A stretch of DNA of 64,000 nt from Camelus ferus (Eukaryota), in NCBI RefSeq assembly GCF_009834535.1, contig NC_045699.1, positions 69,874,001 to 69,938,000 of the forward strand, in the 5' to 3' direction. Below the pieces are notes generated by a model, which saw only the letters and a list, made by a program, of their open reading frames with translations, did no database searches and was not told where the DNA came from. Made by a program: the position numbers and the translations under genes. The number at the start of each line of letters is the position of its first letter. Position 1 is the first letter of the stretch. Positions 24,480 to 34,400 of the stretch are shown piece by piece.

Positions 24480-25860
24480 TTCCGGGCCCTCCCCCGCCCG
24501 GCTCCGCCCTTTGGTGGAGGGGGGAGGCTCGGAGCGCCGGGGATCCCAGCGAGGGAAGTGGCGGGGGGTGACCTGCCTTCCCGCCCGGGGGCCGATGAGG
24601 CCCGGGGCGCCCCTTCGCGGACCCGGCTCGGTGCTCGCGGGGCCGCCGTTCCGCGGGCGCAGGCCCGGCCGGGCGGGTGCGGGGCGGGAGGTGGCGCCGG
24701 GCGCTGAGTGGCGGCTCCGGGTCCACCCCTGGCGCGCCGGTGCGGGCGGGAGGCGGGAGGCGGGGAGCGCAGGGGCGGCGGCGAGAGGGAGCGCAGCAGC
24801 GAGCATGTGCCGCGGAGCTCAGTAACCAGGGACGACCGCGGCGACACCGCGGCCGCGTCGGCGCCCAGCCCAGCGCAGCTCCGCGCCGCGGCGCCCGGAG
24901 AGGGCGGCGGCCGGACGGCCCGGGCCTGCCGAGCGGCTGCCCCGCGCCCCGCGTTCCGCGTCGCCAGCCGCGCAGCCTCGCGCGCCGGAGCCCCGCGCCC
25001 CGGGCCCGCGGGCCCGGCGCAGACAAAGGCGCGGCCCCGGCTCGGCCCAGCCCGGCCCGCCGGGCCCCCGCGCGCCCCGCCCCGGCCCGCGCCGGCCCAG
25101 CCGCTCTCGCTGGGCGCCCCGACGGGGTCCGGCCCGGGGCGCGGGGGGCCGCGGCCGCTGAGGATGGGGAAATCCAACAGCAAGTTGAAGCCCGAAGTTG
25201 TGGAGGAGCTGACCAGGAAAACCTACTGTGAGTGATCGCGCGCGGCCCCCCCGCCCCTGCTCCCGGCCGCTCCCGCCGCCCCCTCGCGCCCCTCCCCCAA
25301 CGCGCTGTCCTCTCCCCCCCCCCCCCACCTCCCGCCTCTGCTGGGGCAGGCTCTCCGCTCTCCTCAAAGCAGCCACCTTCCTTCTGTCATTCCCTGCCCT
25401 GCCCCCGCCCCGGGTCCCTCGGAAGCTCCCGGCCCGCCCCCAGCCCCACACCTGGCCCTATTGTTCTAGCCGCCCCCCCCCCCCCCCCGCGCAACAACGC
25501 TCGCCCGGGACGTGTGCCGCCTGTCAGCGTGCGCGGGGCCACCCCCAGGCCCGGAGGGAAAGCCCAGCCCGCCCGCGGCCCCCTCTTATGCAGAGCTGTC
25601 CAAAAGGGCAGGGGTGCGCCAGGGCGGGGGGCGGTGGGCCGGGGAGGGGGCGCCTGGTTGCGAGGTGGCTCCGGCTCCGCGCATCCGACTGGCACGAGCG
25701 CGGTGGGGCGGGTGATTCATGCATCACGATGCCGCCGCCGCCGCCGCCGCTGCGAGGTTGGCCTGTCTCCCCCTCCCTGGCCCTGATCGTGTGTGGGGGG
25801 TGGCGACCGAGACTTGTCAGAGAGCTCGTGGCAGCGGTGGCGGTGAAGGGTCCTGGGCGC
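24480..25860 (+). promoter_or_regulatory. NCS1: NCS1 CpG-island promoter spanning exon 1 and the start of intron 1
   Basis: Very high GC and CpG density, multiple GC boxes (GGGCGG at 24671-24676, 24682-24687, 24744-24749), no obvious TATA box; encloses the start codon. Confidence 0.9.
25164..25227 (+). CDS. NCS1: NCS1 coding exon 1 (MGKSNSKLKPEVVEELTRKTY + 1 nt)
   Basis: Strong Kozak context (aggATGG), MGxxxS N-myristoylation motif, donor ACT|GTGAGT at 25228; 64 nt, phase 1. Confidence 0.98.
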
Positions 25861-27624
25861 ATCCTGTTGCCTGCAGGGTTTACAGGCTGAATTCTCCTCT
25901 GGCTCTGATTTCACCTCCCCAGGTCTCTGTTTGTCTGCCGGACTGGAGAATGGGTTTCTACAGCCCTGGGTCATCTGGTGGATCTCATTATTTAACCGTC
26001 CGGGGCACCCCTGAGAGGAGGGTCTGTCAATTTCAGATCTCTCCAGATCTCTCTCCACTTGCCCAACTTCACAACTCTCCAGTCTCCTCACATCTTCAGT
26101 TTCTCCATACCAGGCTTCTCCCTTCCCTGAAAGCCTCTTGGGAGATGCCCCAGCATGCCAGGGGTTAATGGCACCGGGGGTCCTGACCACACAGCCTTTC
26201 TTTTGAGGGATGGGGAGAAGCACTGCCAGGGGTCTACAAGGGCTTCTGCCTGGGTATCTGACTTGGAAGGAAGCAGGGGCTCTGAGCTGTGTTGGGATTC
26301 AGAACCTGTACTTGGGCTGCTATGTGGGTCCAGGCGCTCTGCACCCTCCCTGGATGCGATGGATTGACCGCCAGCCCCAAGCGTTGATGGAGGCTTGGGA
26401 GGTAGCTTCTGGTGGTGCATTGCACAACCTCTGCTCCCCCCTTCCCCTCCGCTCCATTGGTCTTCTGGGCACGTTTGCAAGTCTGTCCAAACCCACACTT
26501 CGGCTCTGTGCCCCTCACCCCCATGTGCTTGGAACGAAGGGGGCCCTCCTGAGTGGGTGCTAGTCTGCTGAGAGGTACTGGCCCTTCTCCAGTGGAATTC
26601 TGCAGCAGGGCGCTCACATTCCAGTAGCTGCTTCTCAAAGGGGTAAGGCTCTGAGGACCAGAGACTCTGTCCTTGCTGCCCTTACCCTTTCTCCGAGGTG
26701 GGCGGGCAGCCCTTCCCAGTGTGGCTTCTGTTTTGTGCAATTTGCTGGGCCTCCTTTGGGCTCCCATAGCTGTCAGCAGGCAGGCTGCACACTGGACTTC
26801 CCGGGCCCCTGTGCTTGGGGAGGCAGGGGACACAGTGGGTTTCAAAAGGAGGGGTGTCTCCATTGTGGGGATGCGGGGAGCTACCTGTGAGCTGAGCGGA
26901 GCCAGGTCTCCTGCTTCCAGAGACGTCGCACGCTGAGCTCCTCACATCACTGTCGTATTCAGTCCTCACAGTGGTCCCACTACCCGAGATCCCCCACCTG
27001 TCATGGGGCAGTGCCAGGACTCGAACTCAGGTCTGTCTGGCTACAAAATTATGCCGCTTGCGAGACCTCAGAGATCACGCTGAGAAGTCCAGAGGGGCTT
27101 TTCTCCTGTGTGTCCCTTTCTGATTTCTGCTCTAAGCCTGTGAAGCTGGACTTCGGGTGTGAATGCGCCTGGGGGTCATTTTGTCCATTCCTCTCTCTCC
27201 AGGCAGATCTATCAAGTTTGGGAGAAGTTGAGTCAACAAAGCCTTGTTAGGAGCCAGCCCCGTGGGGCTGGGCTGGGCTGGGCTATTTTTAAAGGCCTTT
27301 GGACACGTGGAACAGTCTCGATGAGGGAGACAGCTGGGTACTTCTCTGTAGAGCTCTTTCTGGGTTTGGGCTGATGGGGGTGGTGGTGGGTTCACAGACC
27401 TCCTGTCTGTCTCCCTTGCTGATGTCAGGGCAGGTGTTTGTCTGGTTGTGCTGGCACTTAGTAGGTCTGCAAGTATCTGTTGAATGAAAAGTCTCCCAGC
27501 AGGAACAGGAGAGAAAACCTCCAGCCTGTTCTAAGGCCCCACATGGGCCTCCTTGTGACAGGGAGTAGAACCATCTGCTCTTTGTTTAAGGGATTCTGTG
27601 TGTTGTCTGGGGTCAAGAGAGGAG

Positions 27625-27785
27625 CGCTTAGGGAGGACTCTCAGATGTTGGAATCTCCTGGAGAGCCAGTTAAATATCACTTGCCTGAGTCTGGTTGCCC
27701 TCTCGGACTTCCCACTCTTAGAGTCTGGGCGGGGCCCAGGAATTTGTATCTTGATGAGTGTTTGTCAAGCAGATCTTGATTCCCA
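27625..27785. mobile_element. MER5-like hAT MITE fragment
   Basis: gagtctgggcggggcccaggaatttgtatcttgat...gcagatcttgattc resembles MER5A/B. Confidence 0.55.
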
Positions 27786-28497
27786 AGAGTCCCAGCTGAA
27801 GCCCCACAGCTGGTTCTGGGGGTCCAGGAAGGTGTGAACATCTTCTGGTGTCCTAGGCACCTCGGGTGTCCCACAGCCAGCCACAATGCCAAGTGGGGCT
27901 CAGGGTGGAGCCCCAGATGTTCACGCCTGAGGCAGTGCTGGCTGCCATCCCTGGTGGTGATTCTCCTGCTCTCGGGAGAAGACCATCTTGGTGGTCTGTG
28001 TGTGTGTGCGCGAGGAAGCGGGAGGAGGTCTCGAAGTTCCAGCTGGGTGACTCTCCCTGGATGCATCTGGATTCAGCTTGGCTAAAACCCTCCATCATTC
28101 AGGCTTAACACTGCAGAGCAGATTTTTTTCCTCCCTGCAGATAAGATTTTGTAAGTCATCAGTGCCCCGTAACCCAATCCTCACCCTTCCTGGCACAATT
28201 CACATCCAAGAGCAGCAAGAGGTTTGTGAGAGATGGAGGCTTTGCTCAGCTAGGAATCAGACAGCAGTGCTCAGTGTGACCAGCAGCCTGGTTCCTATTG
28301 GGTCTGGCCCACTTTTTTCCCAGCTTGTTGATAAGGGTATTGTCATCCCTTGTGCCCAGGCAATGGGACAAGCGAGCCCTTCACCTAACTGAACCTCAGC
28401 TTCCTCATCTGCAAAATGGGTGTGCTCGTGGTACCTGACTCTAGGGGCATGTGAAGAGGCAACAAGATGATTCACATATGGTTTAAGATGAGGTTGA

Positions 28498-28658
28498 GGG
28501 GAAGGTGTAGCTCAGTGGTAGACTGCTTGCCTAGTATGCACGATGTCCTGGGTTCAATCCCCAGTACCGCCGTCAAAAAATAAATAAATAAATAAACCTA
28601 ATTACCTCTTCCTGCCAGAAAAAAACAAACAAACAAACAAACAAACAAACAAAAAAAA
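28498..28658 (+). mobile_element. tRNA-Ala-derived camelid SINE (vic-1-like), not a tRNA gene
   Basis: The head GGGGAAGGTGTAGCTCAGTGGTAGA...GGTTCAATCCCCAGTACC has A and B boxes. It is followed by (TAAA)n, cctaattacctc and an (AAAC)n/A tail. Flanking direct repeat AAGATGAGGT(T)GA at 28485-28497 and 28700-28711. Confidence 0.88.
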
Positions 28659-30949
28659 CGATTGGCCATAGATCTAAAAATCTTCAAAACATACAGAATA
28701 AGATGAGGTGACTGGTAAGAGGTCCTTAATACGTGACACACACTTGTCAGGGATGCAGGGATGCATGTTAGCGATCGTTGTTAACATTGTTTGGACCGCA
28801 GAGTTTGGCTCCATCTTGAACTGGTCGTAAATCTATCTTGCGGGCGAAGTTCATCTCTCCACAGAGGAACGTTCCTACTGCCGTGGTCTTTGTGCCTGGT
28901 GCACAGGAGGCTAGAAATGGGGGACCTTTGGATTGTCTGAATCTTAGCAGATTCTTATTTCACATGCTGTAGTCTTCCCCCGTCCCCACTTGTTAACTTT
29001 GAGGCTGCCCTGACCTGCTGTTCATTGAATGCTCATTCTGTGCTGAGCACAGAGATGCAGATGTGAACCAGAGAGATGTAATTCCTGCCCTCAAGTGGAA
29101 ACCAGCCAGGTCGTTTGAAAAACCGAGCCTGTGGGGCTCAAGCCATTTGTCGTGGTCTGAACTGTAACCGTTTAAAGGCTTCTGGGCCAAAGCCAGGCAG
29201 CCCCAAGAGGCAGAACCCTCCACCCTCCCTCCCTTCCTGTTCTCTCCCCATGGTGCTCATGGCTCTCCCCTCGGACCCTACGTTGAGGACTCAGAGGAGG
29301 TCGCTTCCTCCATGTCTCTCTTGGTCAGCCCAGGCTCTGCCTTGACCTTGCTGGCCAACCTTCAGTCTCTGGCCTTTTCCCCTGATGCCCAGAATGGTGG
29401 AGGGAGGAGCATCTGGATGGGAGGTTGGGGTAACCAGTAGCTAAGGCCTCTGCGACCCAGAGCAGAGAGGGGGGACCTCTGCTTGGGGTCAGGAGTCTGG
29501 TTGAGAGATGCTGGATATCACCAGTCTCTCTGGCTTTGGGAAGGGTCCCACGAGGGTCCCTTCCTATAGGATAAGGAATAGTCTCTGATTGTCCCTTCCC
29601 CCACCCAACTCTGCTTGACCAGAGAGGGCAAGACATTGCCTTGGGGGGAGGCAGTATCTGGCACCCATCTTAAGATAAATGAGAGGTTTGGAGTGTGAAG
29701 GGCCCACAACCAGACGAGGAATAAGCCACCCAGGAGGGGGAAGGCTCTGAGGGAGGGAGGTGGTTTCCGCAATCCCTGTGTAGCCTGTGTGCCTGTGGGT
29801 AAGACCGAGGGGGCCCACTCCCTGACTCCACTGAACGCTAAACAGAGCAGCAGCAAGAGGGATCGAGGTTAGACTCTTAAAGTGAGTTTGGGCATCGGGG
29901 CAAGAAACATCAAGTCTGTTGCACTTAATATCCTGGAGAATGGGGCTGGGTCTTGGGCGAGTCACAGACCCTCTCTGTGCACCAGTTTGTTCATCTGCAG
30001 TTGCTGCCCATGTGACTCTGAGAACCAAAAGGGGAGAGTGCTTTGAGGTCCAGAGCATGGACTAGGAGGGGAATGGGGCTGTTCAACCACAGAATCTCAG
30101 GGAGTGAAACTGACCTTGGGGGCCAGATGTGCTGGGGTTCTGGCCCTTTCCTTGGGCAAGCCCCGTCTCATTGAGCCCTACTTTCCTCCTCGGGAAAATG
30201 GGCATCTCAGGGGCCCCAGAGATGGAAGGATTCAGTGCACTTGAAGAGTTTTGTGTGGTGCGTGGTTCTCAGGGGACTCTTGAAACCTCTCCTGGTGGCA
30301 GCTGGTCCTTGGAGGCAAGTCCTCTGTCCTCTAGGGCAGGACGGGACCTGTGGTTTAGGGCCCACCCCTTGTTGAGAGAAGCAGAGGCTGGAGAGGAGCA
30401 GGGACCCCCCGGATCCCAGAGCCCAGGCCTCCTTCTCGCACCTGTTCCAGCTCTTTCTGCCTCCCCCAGCTCCATCCGTCCCCACCCCCACCCCAGAGAG
30501 TTCTGGCATCTCACATCTCAGAGTGTCAGGTGAGAGCACTTTCTCCTGGCTGTGGCCTTGGGGTTGGACCCAGCTTCCTCTGCTCCCAAAGCTAGGCCCG
30601 AGCCCCTCTGGGGCAGGTCACAGCAGTGAGCAATGCAGCTGACTGGTAGGCCGGGCTCACTCCATCCCTCACCAAGGGCCCCAAAGGCCATGGGAAGGGA
30701 TTTCGACATTTTCTGAGATGGGCAGGGGATCCATGCATGGAGGTGGCAGAGATATGTTAGATTTGGGTTTGGGTATCATTCTAGCCTGTAGTCCAAGAAC
30801 GGATTGGAGGAGGGGGTTGTAACTGAGGCTGAGTGATCGCGGTGGTGAACTGAGGGCACCGGTGGGGATGACGTCATAGACAGGGCCTGGATATATTTAG
30901 GAGAGACTCTATAGGACGTGGTACAGAGATTTCATTACCTTGTAAGTTT

Positions 30950-31460
30950 GGGATTGTATACTTTTTAACTTTTAAAAATCTGACAGTTGTAATGTTTGCC
31001 CACGTCATTAACTATTCTTCTAAAACATGGTTTTTTAAAATGATGCATCACATAAATGCAACATGTTTTATTTAATCCCCTGCCCTTGGACAGTTAGGTT
31101 GCTTTTTTCTCTTCAATATAAACAGTGCTGTGACAAACATCTTGGTACTAAATTTTGGCATGAACACCTTTGTAGTAAATCTTTACACATATCTCTTCTC
31201 AAAAATAAATTTCCCCAAATGAATTTGGGGCGTTAAAAGACTGGTGACATCTTAAAAGGCTTTTGATTGAAAAATAGTTAAATTGCTCTCCACAAAGTAC
31301 ATTCTCATTTATATTTTCAGCAGAAGTGGATTAGAGAGTGCCTATTTCCCTGCATCCTTGCCAGCACTGAGTATTACTGTTTTTCTTAATATTTGCCAAC
31401 TTTATGAGGAAGAAAATGATAGCTCACGGTTTCAATATTCATTTCTTTGATTACAGTGAA
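30950..31460 (-). mobile_element. Old L1 (L1ME-like) fragment
   Basis: aattgctctccacaaagtacattctcatttatattttcagcag...ccctgcatccttgccagcactgagtatta...atttgccaac: antisense L1M. Confidence 0.75.
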
Positions 31461-34400
31461 ATAGAATCCTGGAATCTTTGAGCTAGAGGACACTTTGGGG
31501 TTGTGTAGTCCAATGCCCTCATATTACTAATGGGCCAGTTGAGGACCCGAGAGGGGAAGTATCTCTCCCAAGGCCACATGGCAAATACATGGGGCAGGAA
31601 CCTAGGACTGCTGACTCCTGTAGGGTACCTCCCACTGTGCCGTGATGAGCTGGCCATTGGGATGGAGATGGAGATGTCTTGCTTTCTTCACTGAAGTTGA
31701 TAAGGTTCATCTTGTCCTAAAAATCTCCTGCTCTCAGGTAAGGAAGAAACCTGGATAAATTAAAAAGAGATTCTTTCTTACTGTCATTATGAGATGAAAC
31801 CCTTTGCATATCCTGGGTGTGGTCTCTCTACTAGGGCAGAGATCATCATAAATTAACATGCCAAGTTTCCAGGTAACATGAGATGGGAGTCAGATTCCGC
31901 GTAGAGGGCGGGACAGCATAGGGATGAGGGCTCAAGGGCCAGCTTGCTCCTTCTAGCCATGGGACCCAGGTGAGCCCCTCACCCCTCTGAGCTCTGGGTG
32001 CCTGGTGTGTGCCCGTTGGCAGGCACAGCGACTGACACGTAACAAGTGCTCAGTAAGTACCTTCACGGGAAGGAGGCTGCTTGGCCGTCAGTCAGGGGAC
32101 AGTGGTTCATGGCCACCTCCCCGCCTCAGAGGTCACAGGGCGAGCTGTCACGGACCCTTGGCTGCATGGGGAGTGAGTGGCAAATGCAGACGGCCTCTGT
32201 GGTTGGTGGCTGCATCCTTCTGCACTGGGGGTTGATGAGGGAGGGCTGGCTCTGGAATGTGGGGTTTTGGGATCCTGCCTGGATGTGGGCTTGGGGGATT
32301 GGACACACACCTGCCTGGGGTTCTATCCCAGAACCGTCACAGCCTGGGCAGGGACCTCAGAGTCATATGTCCCCTCTGGGGCTCCGTTGCTCTTTCTGTG
32401 CAGAGTTACCAGATGGTGAGACTTCTGTGGGGAAGCTACTGCTGGGCCCCGGGGACAGCCTGCTCAGGCTCTGGGGCTGGGTGACTTGGGCCCTCAGGCT
32501 GTCTCAGCCACAGGCATGGTCCTTAATCTCTTGATGCCTCAGTTTTTCCGTCTGTGAGTTGGGGATAATCATACCCTCATAACACAGGGCTGTTGTGTGT
32601 GAGGTTAGAACCAGTACAGACTGAATTTGATGGCTCTAGTGCTCCTCCTGGCTCATCAGTGGTGATGGAGAACCTGTACCCAGTAACGTGTAGGGAGCAG
32701 AGGCTGTTGCCGTGGCCAACGTTCGTGTGATGCAGGCCCAGCTCTGTGAGCCCGTGTTCGTCACTGACTCACCCCAGGAGCCCTGCGTGGTCCCTGCTTT
32801 TCAGATGAGGAAATGGAGGTTCAGAGAGGACCAGAGCTGGCCCAGGGCCACACATCTGGTGAGTGGTGCAGTGGAGTTTGACCTGGAGTTTGACCCTGGG
32901 CCATGGGGAGGGCCCCGTGAGGGTCGGGGTGGGGGGGCCCTGAGAAGCTGTGGTGGAGGGGCGCGGGTGAGCGGGAGCGAGCGTGGGTGCCGGGTGTGGG
33001 TGCACAGCCCTGGCTCACGTGGGCATGCTCCGAGTGTGGGTGACGGGGTCACGGTGTGTGTCAGGAGTGAGCGAGCCAGCATGTTGCTGTGTGTGAGGGC
33101 AGGCCTGTGCAGATTGTAATGTAGGTGTGCTGGGGGGCACTCGGGGTCTGGGGACGCCCAGACAGGCCGAGACCCGAATCAGAGGCTGGCTGCTCAGCTG
33201 CCTGCACTGAGCAGGACCAGGTGACATGGCTGCCACAGCTCAGTCCCCTTCTGCCCTGGCCACGGTGGTCTCCAGGAGCCCCTCTGCCCTCAAGTGTGGA
33301 AAAATATCACTGGGAGGAGTGACAGTAATGATGACTCCCGTTTGCCAAGTGGGTACTTGGTGCCAGGAGTGCTGAGCACAGGTTTTCCCTTCTTGTGTTC
33401 TCACCACACCCCTGGGAGTTGGGACTATTATGCCCAGTTTACAGGTGCAGAAAGGGAGGCCCCGGCAGGTTCAGGGTCATACCTCAGGCCTCCCAGCTGG
33501 TCAGTGGCCAGGCTGGGGCTCAGGCTCAGATCTTTGCCTTGCCAAAGCCGTTCCCTTCCTGCAGTGTGCCCGCCTCCCACCATCTCTGGGAGCCTTGTCA
33601 CCTTAGAGCTGCTGCTGAGGGTAGTGAGTACCCCATCACTGGAGGCAGTCACGCAGCTGCTGGCGTATCAGATGCTGCCAGGTGTCCTGGATTCCTGGAC
33701 CAGATGTGAGGCTGGACTGTGGGCGGGTAGGATCCTTCTAGCCGGGGAAGGAACAGCGCTGCTGGTTCTGGATATTCTGATTCCTGCAGGGGACTTGGGG
33801 CAGCCTCTCTTGGTTTCCTCTGGGGCAGAGGCAGAGTTGAGGCCTGCAGCAGGTGGCAGAAGGGCTGTGAGAAGCCAGGAGCATTGCGGGAGCATGCAGC
33901 GGGCCAGGTGTGCCCAGGCCTTGGAGGCTTTCTCAGCCTGAGCCTTGGGTGCTGACTGTGTGCGGATGCTGTGCTGACCTCACGGAACCCTCCCAACCTG
34001 TAAGCTCCGGGACAGTGCATCCCATTGTACGGTGATCTCCGGCTGGGGCTGGGAAGCAGGGGCGGCCCGAGGAGGGGCGGCCTGAGGATGAGGTCATGGA
34101 GGCCCAGAGCCCCCACCATCCTGCCCTGCCCATGCCTGGCGTGGCCCAGGTGCTTCAGCAAGTGTCTGTTGGATGAAGGAAGAGACTGAGTCCTTGCAGT
34201 TGCTATGGGGGCTCAGAGGCACAGTGACAGAGGGGACCTTGGGGGGTCTGGTAGCAGTGCCCTGGGCTACTGTAAGCCCTTGAGGGCTGGACCCATCTGG
34301 TGGAATAGGGCTTCAGTTCCCTGCCCGGCCCAGAGCTGTGCACGGTGCAGGCCCCTGAATGCCTCTGGGTAAGGCTGAGGGTTTTCCTAAGTGCTTTGTT

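Noticed and set aside
24795-24835. REST/RE1 or RFX site in the NCS1 promoter
   Set aside because: Only partial matches (tgtgccgcggagctcag; gtaaccagggac); no full RE1 21-mer was seen here or elsewhere by eye.
24102-25890. Many overlapping long Pro/Arg/Gly/Ala-rich ORFs on both strands (up to 278 aa)
   Set aside because: Expected from stop-codon scarcity in a CpG island; only the 64-nt NCS1 exon 1 has splice and homology support.
28498-28572. tRNA-Ala-like sequence as a functional tRNA gene
   Set aside because: Extra bases at the 5' end and a disrupted anticodon arm; followed by a SINE-type A-rich tail and flanked by a TSD rather than an oligo-T terminator.
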